Shown here piece by piece: positions 1 through 15,600 of a DNA stretch of 64,000 nt (position 1 is its first letter; each line of letters begins with the position of its first letter). The stretch spans positions 10,106,001-10,170,000 of the forward strand of contig CM120641.1 of the NCBI GenBank assembly GCA_051362555.1. The letters are read 5' to 3'. The position numbers were made by a program, and so were the translations under genes. Source of the DNA: Lingula anatina. Lineage: Eukaryota > Animalia > Brachiopoda. The notes below the pieces were generated by a model that was not told the origin of the DNA, ran no database searches, and worked only from the letters and a program-made list of their open reading frames with translations.

Positions 1-630
1 ATCAAGTCCATATATCATTCTGTTGTTTGCACTTTATCAGGAGTATTCTTTTGGGACGATCAATATGTGGGAGAAAATGCCAGTTGATGCTCATACCAGA
101 CAAATATAGACAGAAGCCTGCCTAAAGTGCATCTACTGAATTCCTGCAGTCTGTTTATCATGTTTATCCACATTAGCTCATTATAATATCATTATGAATG
201 TTGTGGAGGTTGCTGTAGAATACCATACATGCAGCAATAACATACCCGAATACATACTAATTCAAGTACATTTGGTTTCTGTCTTTATTGTTTTGATGAA
301 AGTCTATGATATGAATTAAACGAGGATTTCTTTTTCTCAGGAGCATATTTCTTCTTAGGAAATGATCTATGCAGTAGAGTGTTAATAAATAAGGATACTG
401 GGAATTGCTTTAGCTGTGTATGTTCCAAGGCTGTGGGCACAGTTGTGTTGAATGCAGGTACTGGGAGTCAAATTATCCAGCCGGCTGTTCCAGGAAAAGG
501 GCACACATAAGATTCTATATATATCCTACATATTACACAGTCGGGATGTTCACCCCACTTTGCATACAGGCGTATTGGAAGATATTGACCAAAATGCATG
601 TACTAGTATGTTAGATATTAACAGAGTATA

Positions 631-3600
631 ATGTTTACTGTGTGGTCAGTATTGGTCATCTATCAGGCAGATTATTTTGTGGATGCTGAGGCAGATACAG
701 CTGAGAGTGCCTGCACATCTGCTAAGGAGGAGAAGCTGAGGTAAGGGATTACTGGCAGTGGCAGTGGTAGCTGACTCTTTTTGGATGTTTTGTTTACAAA
801 TAGAAACCCATCTATATTACCAGGTAATGCAGTTTGCTGTATGTAAACTCTCAGGTTAACTCTATTAGTTTACCATAATGATTGTTATTATGTAAAAGTT
901 GACAGGTAAGGCATTTATAGATTTATCTAAACAAATGGATGTCTGCTTCAGTGCTTTTTATTTAAGCAGATACATGGTTTTGCAAACTTAATTAGATAAT
1001 TTCCTGTGTGTTTAATTTTCAGTAAAGCTATTGAACCTCTGTTTCATTCTTTGTGCTATGAAAATGTTTTTAATGACAGTGTTTTTATTCAAGTTGCTTG
1101 GTTATCAAATGGATGTGTGCTTTTGACTGGAAGAGGAAGCCATGTCATTTATTGATTTCATGTTAAAAGGATAACAACTCTTCGTATGAGATCCATCTTT
1201 CACAATAAATACCTTGTAAACAATTCATAGAAATATAATAAATTCTATTTTACAACCAAAATGGTGATAATTGCAATTATTCCGGAACTTGTGCTTGCCA
1301 TCGGACCATGTGACCTCCATAGATGGTTGCCCTCTGTAATAATCTCTTAAAAATTAATGAATAATAAAAAAAACAACAAAAAAAAAAATTTAGAAAAAAA
1401 AAAACAAAAAAACAAAAAAAAAACAGACTTACTTCAAATGAAAGGGATTCATTAATCATTGGGAAGTATGGGAAAATTGTCGTTTAACCCCAGGAAAATC
1501 AGTTTTTTTTTTGCCAAAATGAACAGTTGTTATCCCTATGAAATATGTTAATGTTGTATTGTTCTGGTGGATCAGTGCAGATGCACCTACAGAACTATCT
1601 TTGAAAAAAGAAGACAATAAAATAGCAAGATGTTTCTGGCTGCAGCCAAAGCTACCAGTGTTTCCTATTAAGCAATAACATATTTTGCATATATGAGCCA
1701 GGATGATTGATATCTCTGCAGTCAGTCAATAGGTTGGTGTACCTGGATATGATTTTTTCCCAAAGGAATGTGTAAACAAGGAATCAGCGCATTGTAGTGT
1801 ATTAGTTTATGCTAATTAGACTGTCTTCAAGGATTTTTTCCTTTTAAGGTCTGCTGACAACAACATGTCTGGAATGTTACTAGAATTCATTCTTAGGAGA
1901 TAGAAGTTTATGGCATAGGTTTTCATTCTCTCTCAGAATTATTTCCAATACTCAGAACACTTTTTTTGATATAATGTTTTGCATCTATTGTAATTTGTAG
2001 CAGTGCCATTTCTTGGTCTCAATAAAATTAATAATAACAAAAAGTGACAGTGTTTCAATGTTTTCTGATCTGATCGTAGCTATTTGTTAAGAGAAATAGT
2101 TTTTATCAGTTTGATTAATATTGTTTAAAATTATAAATTTAGAGAAAGTACATTGAAAAAAAAACTGCTGAAATTAGTATTAAAGTAATATGATACATCA
2201 ATTTCATTATATCATTCAAGTAAAAAACAAATTGGTGGGCAATGCAAAAAAAAAAAAAAAAAAAACCTGTTCGAAAAGATGGCCTTATCTGCATGTATGT
2301 ATTTTATAACATGATTAAAGGGCATTGTAATACTTTTGTAATATTGTTGTTATTTAACTTAAAGGGATAATAACTCTTCGTTATGGCCAAAAAATGAATT
2401 TTCCTAGAGTAAACAACAATTTTCCCATACTTACCAATGGTTAATGAATCCATTTCTACATTCAAAGTTAGTCCCTGTTTTTTTTTCTAAAAAGTTTGGT
2501 TTTTTGTTAAAATCTCTTAAGAGATTATAACAGAGTATAGCCATCAATCGAGGTCATGGGTCTGAAGACAAGCTCAGATATCAGAATAATAGCTATAACT
2601 CCTGTTTTTGTCGTAAAACAGAATATGTTATATTTCTATGAGTTATTCACACTGTTTTTATTGTGAAATATAGACCTCATACGAAGAGTTATTATCCCTT
2701 TAACTAACATTTTCAATATTGCAAAATGCATTTACATCAACTAAAGCCTCTGGAAAACTTTTAATGGCCGTCAGCAAATGTTCTTGAAGTAAAAAGGATA
2801 TCATTCCAGGCACTTGATTCCAAGTCTTAATAAACAAAATACTTATACTTGATAAATTGGCATACGTATAGCCCATGCAGTGAGTTAATTGGATGTAAAG
2901 AACCCTTTGTTATGAGATGAAAGGAAATTTTACGATGGCAACAAATTTATTGGAATGACGTCATTGTACTTTACTCATTTCAATGTATTGTTGTTTTTTT
3001 TTTTTTGAGATAAATATAAGGGTGGATCTATGGCAAAAAACAGTGAGTGGTCATACTTTAATGTCTACATTGATGAAATCTGAAAGACTGTAGGCTATAT
3101 TCTATATCCACTGACACAGTGACACAATGGACCTTGGAAAAAATCATGATTGTTTTCTGTACCAAAGAAAATGGCTTCAGCTGTATAATGCATTCTTTTG
3201 TATGGTTAAGTGCTGGCATTTTGCAATCAATTCACATGCCAAATAAAGTGCTTTAGAGTAGACCTGAAAACTAGGATTATTGAGCTTCGATTATTCGCAG
3301 TGTCATGATAAGTAGGCATAGGCACTCTATATATAAACACCTATGTATTAAATGAAATTGAAAATGTATAATGACATCAGTGTCAGCTTTGGTATGTTTA
3401 TATATATATATTCCATTTTTTTTTAAAATACATATTTTTATTTATTTTCACTAGATTTAAGACTCTTTTCACATTTATAAAGGTTGATCTTTCTCAGGCT
3501 TTGTAAACTTGAGTATTAGCCAACTCCATAGAAAGGCTTTCCTATCACTTATAAATAAAAACATTAACATTTAAAGCACCTTGAAACTTTTAGTGGTTTT

Positions 3601-6600
3601 GGTTTGACTTGGAGTTTGATTGATTAAGGTATGAAAACAATAGGTAGTGCATTATACATTTGAATATCTTTGGTGTGTTCGTTGTATCCTTGATGAGGAC
3701 CTTTTAAATATAAGTACAAACTCAATACTGTTAAAAAGCATCCTGAAGTAATGGCTTTTTTATGCTTTTAAACTTTGGGTACAGGTAAAGGTGTGTGCCT
3801 GTCTTACCTGCCAGGTATTTCATCATGCAGTGTACATCACTGAAGACTCCAGTTCAGTCTACGTTCCCAGTCACACGTAGACCTGTGCACAGTTTACATA
3901 ATATCACAACAATTCGTTTTAAGCTTACACAGTGAGGTTGTTTAACTGATAAGGTTTAGATCAGCCAATCAAAAGCCAATTTACTTTTCAGCATAGGTAA
4001 CATTACTGATTAAAAATTGTGGAGAATTTTTTTGACACCCAATTTTTAGTGAATAGCATGTTGTACAAATACCCCACACGGTTAAGCTTATCTTTTGCTA
4101 TAATTTACATATTTCATTACTAATTTTTTTCAATATTTTGTTATTCATACCAAAGCTTTTATAGTAATAAAATGGTGAAATGTTCATTTTTTGGAATAAT
4201 GTATCTCCAAACAAATGCTCTTTTTATGTATTTTGTGCCACATGTAGAAAACAATTATGAATAAATATTTAAAGCTGTGGCACCTGGATATTATACAAGA
4301 TTTGAATAACCTACAGAAATAAAGGTGACTTTGTCAACCCTGAACTCTTCCAATCTGTTATCGGGGACTGCTCCTGACCAGTTTGTGTCATACAGCTGTG
4401 TATAAAAGGGGATTGTACAATTTTAGAAAAATCATGATGATTTTAGCCACAAAATGTGCAGGCATTCAACTTGTACTGCTGGGGGAAAATGTACTTTACT
4501 GGGGTAAATATCTGTAAATTTTATAGATTATGTGTTTTGCTCTACATATAGATTTTTTCCAGTATATTATGATTTATTGCAGTCTGCAACATTAAGCAGT
4601 GGTCCTATGCCTGCGGCCAGTAAAATTTTGTGCAGACCAGCATATTTCTTAGCATGTGTGAATTGTACAAGTTTGCATTAAGTGTCTTTTTAAGTTTTCA
4701 TAAGAGTTTTCAATTTGATTTTTTCTGAAATGTAATCATTACATGATGATTGTAAAAAAAATGAAAAAATCAGTCTTGTCAACACTAGTTTTAATGCTTG
4801 CATCTACATTTCGGACCAGGAGATTTTAGGAAACCGGTGGTCAAGTGGCCAGTAAGCTGAAACTTATATACACCATATTTTTTGGGGGGAAATTGATAAG
4901 AGATAGGTTACTCTTAAAATTTCCTTTTAAATTGAAATAGGTAAGGACGTAAGGAGCAGCTTGCTTGCTTGCAATTATTTATTAATAATCTTGTATTAGT
5001 TATCACAATCATGTATTTTATGACGTGATGATACCAGTAGAACATTTTTGTTATTCAACTTAAGTCAGAATGTATGTATGCATGGTGATTGAATTATTCA
5101 TATTTATTACGGCATAATGTTGTCTTATCTATACATCAATCCTCAGCCTGTGACAGCATATGCGTAGGCCAAGGATGACCATCTGTCTGGGCCCAGTGAT
5201 GTCATATTGTCTGTACATCAATATATGACATTCCATTCTAGGACTGTTTGATTTTCACACTAATCACAGCTATTGAGTTCCTATTGAATTTTTTTCAACT
5301 CGAAGGCATGCAAGGGATTGGTGGCTTATTGACTAACACAGACGGCTTAAATTCGCTGGAATGGTTGTGTTAAGTCAGAATTTCCTCGAGAAATGTCAGT
5401 TTTATAGCAGTATTGAGTTTTTCTCCTGTTTTACCTCGTTTCACCAGGTATTGATTTGCTGTACTAGAAGTGAACTGTCGGACCTTAGCTGGCATACCCA
5501 GCTAGGAGACTTATTACAGACATGATAGTAGAAACATCATTTATTATTTCTGGATGAATCAGCTGTTCGCCTAATTATAGGAATACATTATGCTCAGTGA
5601 GCCACCATAACAAATTGATTTTTAGTTTTATAACCAAGAACTTGGTTGTCAGAGCTGATATTGTACACATGTGGGACATAGGACTGCACATATTGGATAT
5701 TTTGGAATCTTTGAATTTCTGAAATAGGTATTTCCTGGCATAATCAAAGTAAAGGTCGACTCATCAGAGCCAAAGGATGTTCTTTTCCTAAGGTAGGAAT
5801 GTTTGGTCTGACTATTCTTTATAGGTCTACAAATCTAAGAACATAAAATAATATTTTCATAGTTAGCAGAAATATTATATGACCTTCAAAATTGTGCAAT
5901 CATGTATAGGTTTGGTTTAAACAAATGTGCATCTTTTTATTCACATGCATATGCAGAATGCGTGCAAAATGAGTAAAAATAGTTATGATATTATATTGTT
6001 TAAAGAAAGTACTAAGCAAATTTAGCGTACTTGCGAATCATCTATCCCTCATCTATCCCTCTCTGCACTTGGATTCTACTTTTAATAGAGTTTATAAAGG
6101 ATAATTTTGTCTAAAATGACAGGCCAGTCATTATATCCAGACGATCATCATCCTAGACTCTGATGGTAATATCAACATCCGGTATGCTTCAGAAAGAAAA
6201 ACTTATTTAAGGGTTTTAACCATTTTGAGGTGTATGTTAGGTTTTATAAGAAGCTGCAGATGACAAACATCAGAATTTGGGGGATTTTCAACCTACCAAG
6301 TGCACCTTTGACAACAGAAATTAAATTGGCTGCCAGTATCACCACACATTATCTGTTATATTTGCCTAGACTGCTAGGCTGAACATAATGGTTAAATATC
6401 TGATATTATGGAATACAGAATTTATACATTATTTATCAGTGTGAAGAGTATTTGGAAATATTGACATAATGCTAATAAGACAAAAGGGATTATATCACTT
6501 GTAAGGTCCTGATAAGATTAAACCATTTGCACACTTAGTCATAATTACCACGTCTGCACTCAAATAATAAAATTACAGAAATTATTAATTTATTTTAGTA

Positions 6601-9600
6601 CAAATGTTTCACAGCAAATGGAAATATTATATTTTACATCTATATATAAAAGATATTCTTATACACATAGCTTTATGGCTTATATATTAATTAGGGTTAT
6701 GATTGTGATTCTTTGACCGCAGATCAAATATGACTGTCCCACCTGAAAGCATACTGCGTAATCCCCTAGGGTATCTATTCAGTGTCTAACAGGGTTATTA
6801 TGTGGCAAGCTTTATAGTTGGCCAGCCATATTTGATCTGTGGTTCAGTTAGCCCTGGGATCAACTTGTTCTGAATGTGCCCATACAGTTTTTTAAAAAAT
6901 CATTTGTTGACAGTTAAGATGCATCTATTGTAACTTTTCTCTTTCTAATTATCGTCCTAATCTTGATAATCTGCAGCTACATCTATCAGGCCTTTTCTCC
7001 TGTAACCTTTCCTTGTGACATTTTGACATTAGAATAGATAATAGCAGCAACTGGAAATATCATCAGCCCTTAATTACCCCATTAATTATAAAATATCTAA
7101 AAGTGCTGCATATAAAGCAATCTATTGGTCGTCAAGACTTGTGACATCAGTGAGATTTTATCTTTGACTCTTCTTTTGATGAGATGAAAGTCATCCTAAC
7201 TGACTGAGATTTCATATAAAGTAGATTTATGTTGAAAAAGGTGAAAATTACATTCAAGGTGTTTGAAAAAGCAAAACTAAAACTTTTATCAAGTAGTAAA
7301 TAGATAACTGTTCTATTTTAATTTCCTGATGCCCAAGCGCTGACACCAAATATATTGTTATCTGATTTTATCTTTGTGATGCTTTGCTTTTCATCACAAC
7401 CTCATAGAGCACAGTAGATAAAATTTATGAAATGTAAAAAAACTGATAAAAATACAACAAACTAAATTTTTTCAGTGCCCGAGGTGATTATTAAAAGCTT
7501 AAAAGTGATGTACAAACAGGTCCATCCAATAGAATTACTGGTTTATATTTACCTTTTATTAATGATTGTGATGCAGCTTAATGCACTTAAAGTTTCCTAA
7601 AGTGTGTTTTGGTACATGAAGTAATGCACGTTCACAGACCAATTTATCTTTAACTGTTGAACACCTTTGATATGGTAATAAGATGTAAATTATAGTCTCG
7701 CCTGCCACCTGTAATCTTATAATACAAGTATGGTGGTGGATATCCACGATAAGTAAGAGTGCCATTATTATATTTGTAAATTTCTTTCTTTTTATTTTTT
7801 TAAAAATTTTTGTCCAATTTAGTGATAGTTTTGTCATTTGTTCTTCTAAGCTAGTATGTGTGCCATTGTTTGTCAGGTAGGTGTACAAAGACACTGTGTG
7901 CACAATAGAAGGTAGGAACTTTTAACAGCTGGCCAAATAATTGTCAACATCAGGGCAGCACAAAATTAAATCAAGTTCAGAGAGCAATGAAAAATTATTG
8001 GCATTTTAGAAAACAACGTATAATCACTTTTGTGCTTGGCAAATATAAAAATAGATGAACAATATTATATATTTATGTTGCTATCACTCTTAACACGATA
8101 AGATAAAGTTTCATTTAGTTAATTGTTATGGCAAGCATGTCATTGTGCAATTTTAGTTCCAAAAATGAAAAAATATTAATAGCCATTTTGAACTTGTTCC
8201 AAAATGCTCCAAGATATCTGTACAGATCAATAGGCATTATTTCCATGTTTGTATTACCTAGTGATAGCGGATCAAAATCTCAAAGTTTTTAACTGCAAAT
8301 ATACAATTAGCCCTCTTTAAAACAAATATTTATTCTCTTCACTTATTTTTGCGTATGTTTAGAGTAGACCTAGACACTCACAAGGCAGACAGTCAAATGT
8401 TTGTATGACATTTCTATGGTTTCTTAACTGATATTTCTGTTACTTATATGCCATTATCCAACATTTCTTTTTGATAATTTATACCTATACAACTGTTTGC
8501 ATATTAGTATACAGGTACCCCTTTTTCCAACAACCTATAAATTATACAGAATAAATTCAATAATCAACAAAGAAACAACAAGGACACACAAAGGTGGGGG
8601 AAAGCCCATGCACTCTACAGTAATCCTATTTGTTGATTTTTCTTTTGTTGGGTTTTGGAATGAATGAACAAACTTAAATGTGAAATTTGAATGAAAATTC
8701 TAATGGTTGTTTTGACATGGACTTTGAGTCGACCTTACCCTCTGAGAATTCATAGACACGTTCATCTAGACAAAATGACATCACGTTTTGTTATGGGTAC
8801 ATGAAGGACTAAATAAGCTGGAGGTCCTGCACAGATACATAGATTATGTAGGTATTTAGTTCAGAGATCATGCTTTTCCAACTGGCCTTTGTTTAAGTCA
8901 GACGACATTGACACTTTTGTTTCAAGGTGATTGTAGCCATGCTCCAATATGATTGTGGAGTGCACGTGTATGGTGCCATTAACCACAAGCACGGTTTCAC
9001 TTGATACCTCATTTTCTCTTTCTGCCACATATGAATTACCAGGACTTTCATTATGATTTGATCTGATTTTATCAGATACATGAAGTCAAAATATAATTTT
9101 TGTTGAGAAATTCATTGATTAATAGATGAAACGTAAGGTTGCTATGCGAAGGAGCTCATTATTTTCTTTTTTTTTTTTATTCCACAGAACCCAGGGCATT
9201 GTCAAATTAGGCAATTTTATTTCCTTTCCTAGCAAATTAACTGTTCTAGGCCAGTGCTTAATGTTTGAAGGACAAAAATAATTTGGTTTGACTCAAAAAA
9301 GGGCTGATTAGTCATATTCCTATATATATAAACAAGCACATTCAACCACTTATGACACTATTGTGTATTTATTTATTTATTTATTTAATTATGATTACAA
9401 CAACACTGTTCTATCTGATCTATGCCCCACATCTTCAGTACCTGGTCTTCCATTGCAAGTTATGGGGTATGATTGAAAAGAAATTATAAGACAAAACATT
9501 TCATTTTAGGGGCACCAGCAGCACTGTACCATACCTTGCCACCCCTACAGATTCCAGCCTTGGTGCCAGTGCCAGTGCCACTACTACTCCTACAACTACT

Positions 9601-12600
9601 CCACCGACTACTACAAGTCATATTGACTGTGGCACCTGCCCTGCAGGTGTCAACTTGTGCTGCCCCGACACTGGCAAACTGGAGCTGAATGACAGTAACG
9701 ACAAATCAGAAAAGTTCTGTGAAGATGATCATTGTCGAGAGACAGAAGCAGAAGATGGTTTAATGAATCATCATAAAGAGGCTGGCACGTTAACAGGTAA
9801 GGAATTTTTGTTTGTTTATGAATGACAGCATATGGCACAGGCAAGTATCCCTTTAAAAAAGGCGGTGGGGGCATGGACATAATGAGAGACTTTTTCTCAT
9901 TATGTCCATGGTGGGGGTTAAATACCTTAGTGATGTCCTGGTATCATTTAAGATGGTGTACTGAGATGTCATCAAGGTAAATTGAAGTTTAGTAGTGTGT
10001 TTGGTACTCTGGATAATTAATTAAGAAATTCTTGTGTTTAGCCTATAATTGATTCTTCAACCTACAATACATGAAAAACATGCCTATGTAAATAAATTTT
10101 TGAAGACGAATAATCTTAAAAGTGATAGAGCACTCTACATATATTTGTAAAATGTGACACCCTAGATCGATGTAAAATGTGACTCCCTAGATCGATGTAA
10201 AATGTGACTCCCTAGATCACTCTATATAGAGAGAGAAGCTTTCATAATGAAACTGGTCTCGTTACCGTATTCTCTTTCTTATCAAAATATAACTGATAGC
10301 TATGAAAAAACAATTTTCCTAAAATGAAGTAATTTTTCTTCAGTCAACGGCTAATTATTGAAATAGTTTTTACCTCCAATATTTTGATTTATATTATATT
10401 TATATTATGATCTTCATCAGGGAATGAGGCTATCCAGGTGAATGTGTTCTGTTAGACATCAAAATATTGGAGGTAAAAGCTATTTCAGTATTATGCTGTT
10501 GACTGAAGGAAAATTACTTCATTCTTATACCATAGCGCAGCTGATGAAATTCTTTTCTGAGAGTTTATGGTCTTTTTGATACCTTTTTGATAAGGGACTG
10601 ACGTAAAAATCTGTTGAAGTTCAGATTTTGTCTAGGCAGTCATTGTATTAGAGGTGACACAGCCATTGCAGTATCATCTCAACCAAGTGATGAAAATCAC
10701 AAAGAGGGTGTGATGAGGCTTCTTACACAAATGATTTAAATTTAATCATTGATCCCCCAGATATGTGTGCATAATAATAGAATATAAATGAAACATAATT
10801 TTTGAAATTATTTCAGAACTATGAAATTGCAATTATCTCTCTTATGTTTTTCTCAGAAGTTGAAGACTTTTTACCATATGTATGTATACTTATATAATAC
10901 TCCAGTACTACCAGTGTCGCCCTGTTGTTAATAAATGTACTGTCCAAACTTTCACACTGAGTAACCAAGCAGTCAAAAGACTAGCCCCTGGCCAGTGGGC
11001 TGCTTATTCCTAAAACTAACATGTTATTATATATCCTTTCTTTTATATACAGTACTGTACCATGGCACAGTGGAAATAAATCATGCTATATTGATATAAA
11101 GCACAGGCAGCTTAGCTCATTTCATATAATTAGAAAGGAGTGAGAGAAAAAAAGAGAGAGAGATAGCAGAGTATTCTTATATATCAAAGTTCAAAGCATT
11201 ACAAATCTTATCACTGCTGCAGCATGGAATTCCATATGCAGACCAGAGTGTTATTGGTTTGAACATATTGACCTTTAAGTACTGATATGTATTATGTAAA
11301 GCAGCACGGTGTCTATGTGTAAGTGAGCTGGGGTTTTGATTTCCCTATCACCATGTGAACATTTTCTCCCAAGTTGCAGGAATATCTCATTACTTTTGGC
11401 ACATAGATGTGATTTGTAAGTAAACTGCATTCCTTGATTACTTTTTATTGATTGGGTAGCTGGCTTCCAGCCAAACCTTATTAGGGGTTATTTCCATTCT
11501 TACTGTATAAATGTGAATATCTAATAGTATAACCATTCAAGTGGGAAAAAGGATTTCATTTATGATGCTATTATGCTGTAAAAATTTTATGAAATTCACA
11601 TATAGAATCTGGTTCAAGAACAGTGCTGATACCTTATGCAAACATCAAGGAAAAACCCTCTCCGGTGTTTTTTGTAATATGTGATGAGTACGTGCTGCCA
11701 TCTTTTGAGAAAGCTGAAACTAAACTGGTTGTATATACCAAGCTTGTGCAATAAATAATGCCTCGAAAAAGTGAATCAATCGAATGACACATAAAAGGAA
11801 GTGTTATTGAAATGAATCGTCAATAGCTTCTACAATCTTTTGAAGGTCACAAATGAAATTTATCACACTTAAAGAATTAGGGTAAATACAGGTGGGTTGG
11901 ATGTGATAATGTGCTTTGAGAGTTGATGTTTGTTAGTGCTGATGCAGGGACGCTGCCACAGGTATGAACTGATTCATAGCACAGTCAGTAAAATTGATAT
12001 ATGTATATTGAACAGTGATTTTTTTGTGTGTCATGTTCTTTGAAAATTTGTTGGAAATAAAAACACATCTTGTATCTAACTTCAGTTGGAAACAGCTCCT
12101 CTCGCCTTGACCAACTAATGATTATAAAACAAATAGTTTGTATCCAGGTTCCTTTGTTCCAAAATCTGATTTTTGAGTCACAATAGTAATATATTGGCAA
12201 AAATTTTGAAACATTTTTTCCACAGCCACACTTAAGTAAATTATCTTAAGCGTATGTCATAATGTCATATGCTAACACAACCTTTAGTTTTTAAACTATT
12301 TATGATAAAAGAACGGCATCCAAACTGTGATGACATATATACAGGGCAGAAAAAACGAACCAAAGCTGAAACTTGCCCAGGCTACCAACTTTGGTATACT
12401 GTACAGCAGGGGTTTACTCTCATCCCTGAGATATTACTGGGGACTGTTAGTAGATTAGTTTATAGTTAACACAGAGGAATGATTCAGGTTATGCTTAGGT
12501 GAGACAATCCAACATTAACACACGTAATGTTGGAAAAGAATGTATAAAGAGGGGTTTAGAATCCTGGCAGTTCTGATGGTTCGCTAACTTCTGTATACTC

Positions 12601-15600
12601 AGTCACAGAAAACTGGGATTGATTTTCTGATGAAACCTCTCATTGGCCCTGGGGATTATGGTTTAGTTCTATGCTGTGGAGTGGGTTTTTGTGTTTGTAG
12701 AAGGTCTGGGTTGTGCAGGAAATTCACTGTTTTACGTTGGTTTATACAATAAGATAAAAATATAACACATTAATATTGCAGATGTAATTTTGTACTTAAC
12801 TGATAGGAGAGTAAAAATGATACTTGAATCAAAGTAAATGGCATTTTTCATTGTTAACCTCTTGACTGCCAGTTCAGTTCGTTAATTTTTTTTAGGTAAG
12901 ATGAAATAATATGAATAAATGTAGATAATTTCAAAACTCACCAGATCCATTGTCAGTGTTTACTGCAATCTGAAATGCCAAATAAATAAGTTATTTACTT
13001 AGGTTTGAAAGTTAGGTATTGAACATTGAACCACTGTAACACAAAAATTACATAAATAACCAGAAAATGAGAATGATTATTTATCTCAGTCAGGATATTT
13101 AAAGCAATTTGCTACCATCTGAAAAAAGCATCCATGCAAAGAAATTTTTATCTGTAAGAATACATTGAAAAAATGACTGTGTAGGACAGTAGTGATGTTG
13201 TGACACTTCATATTTTGTATCTAAAAAAACCCTAAGATTGCGTCTTGTCACGCATATTGATTTTCCTCTCTGTGTACATACATGATTATAAAACTTATTA
13301 ATGTACAGGTGGTGTATCATAGACATGTTGTTGCATAATGAATAGTTTCTCAAAGATTGCCATTGATATGGATGTCTATCAGGTGAATAATAGGAATGAG
13401 TGCAATAATTGATGGATAACCCTAGTTATTGCAAAGGTTTTCTGATAAATTCTGCACAGAATTGCATTTTCATCGTTGAAGAGATAGCATGTTTTAAGTG
13501 AGTTGAATTTTATTGAATGGCCATGTCATATTTACAGTGGTGCTTAGACTAAGAGGGAATTAATAGATGTCACATTACATATTGAAATTAGACAATAAGA
13601 ATTGATTGCTCTGCTCATGTAAGGGATCAAATGAAACAAAAAGTAAGGGGAAGTTTCAGACTAGACCATAAATCAATGCCATTCCCATTCAAGCTAAGTC
13701 ATTGTTCTAAACATTGTTATACATAGGTGAAGGTAAGCCATGGCATCATTTCTTCTGTCCCTTGATCTTTAGCACAAATTGTCGTCACAAAGACAGCAAT
13801 ACTAAGTATTCTCATTATGTCTCTGCAAAGGCCAGTACGAATTGCTTTTCGTAGAAAATTGGGTCCAGGGAATGTTTTTAAATGAATAAGCCTAAGCTGC
13901 TAGAGATCAATATACATGTATTGCCGCAGTCTGCAGACAAGTGCTTGCAGGAGGCACGTGGTCACATTCCATGAAATTGGGCCAGCTGCTGTACTTGGAC
14001 GCAAGTTCATAGATACATTTCATCAGATGGTTGGACGTACATGAAGCAAATTCAAGGAATTGTTAACATTGTGGACATCTGATTTCATTGAAATTGTGTA
14101 TCTAGTCTACAGTGAAGTCCTTGGCTTATCTGGATGTTATTGGTACCGATAAGAATACAACAGATAGGTTCTATAGCTGCTAAATAGGTACACCATATGT
14201 AAGTTTGAATTAGTTAAGGTCACTGTTTGGAGTTTCTTGACTTTCAGAGGAGGTAACGCTGATGCAATTTATAAAATGGCTTCTTTAAGAGAAAAAAATC
14301 TGATAAGTATCAGATAAATTGGATAGATAACATAAAAACATTTGTGGTGCAATTCTTTTTTTTTGCTCTAGAATAAATGTTTCAGTTTTTTAAAATTGGG
14401 TATGTAGTATTTTTGTGCCAGAATAGATATTTTGACAGAACTGATTATGGGATATATATGGCACTCAGTGAGTCATTGTATTGATTTCTGAGAAACTTCC
14501 ATTGTTGTTCATACAGCACATCCCGTCGGTCATTATCAGTTTCATGCATAAGAAATGAATAATAGAACTGTACTCAGCTGCCAGAGTATAGATTAAAACT
14601 TTTCACATTTGAAAATGAAGTGCAAACTAGGAGAGACAGATAAAAACTTATTTTCAGTCCTGTATTATTTAAATGTGAAGCATAATTTTATTAAATCTTT
14701 CAGATAGTGCTCATCTACATGACTATTTGCCCTTTTTATGCTGTTGTTATGGTAACACATTTGTTCTAAATGGTCGGTCTCATTTCAGACGTGTGTAATG
14801 TTGGAAACCTCCCAGAAGTAGAGATATTGAGTTTGATTGAGGAGAAAATACCCAAGTATAGGCTGCGAGCGGACACCATTACATCATTTGCTGGCTACGA
14901 GAACGAGGATTGGATCCAAACCCCCATTATACCTCATGACATAGAGCTAGATCTCACTGAGGAACAGATAGAGGAGACATTGAAGTATTTCGGTAAGAAG
15001 ACTGATTTGGCAATTGATGTGTTTCACACTGGCATTAGTTTTTCTTAACAGCTGAAGTTTCAAGAACTCTGGCCAGACTGGGTACATTATCCCTATTTTA
15101 GACTCAGTGAAAATGTATGCTATTTTAATTTTTTGTATCAGTAAATTCTACAGCTTACTTAATTAATATTTATATATTTTGTTATGAATACATTTTGTTA
15201 TATAATGATCCTTTATAGTTTGTAAAGGTGAGTCTGGTGTAACTTCTCACTGAGTGCAGTAGATGTTACGGGTGGCACCATCTTTGAGTAAGCTGTCACA
15301 AGCGTGCAGGAAGCCATAGCAGTAAACTGGTTTGATTAGAATCTCAGTCTTTTTGAAAGATGAGACAACTATTAAACTCAAATGCTTTTGCTGTAGGTAA
15401 ATTGGCACACACTCGTTTAGACCCTTCACACATCATGCCTTATACATATAAGTATTGAAACACTTAGACTGGTCCTAATTTTATGTTACAGGGATTTTAC
15501 TCCCTTTCACAAGTTCATTCCATGTAACATCTTACAGCTTGGAAGCCCCAGTGTAAGAATAAAAAATAACCTGGTTAACTGGCTGTGTTGAGCTCTGTTC

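Noticed and set aside
5728-5792. Cassette exon in TRAK intron 1
   Set aside because: Entry phase 0 is incompatible with the phase-2 donor at 740, and it has no ATG of its own in frame.
11926-11961. TRAK first exon [12 protein letters not shown]
   Set aside because: The donor is phase 0 but exon 14789 needs phase 1.
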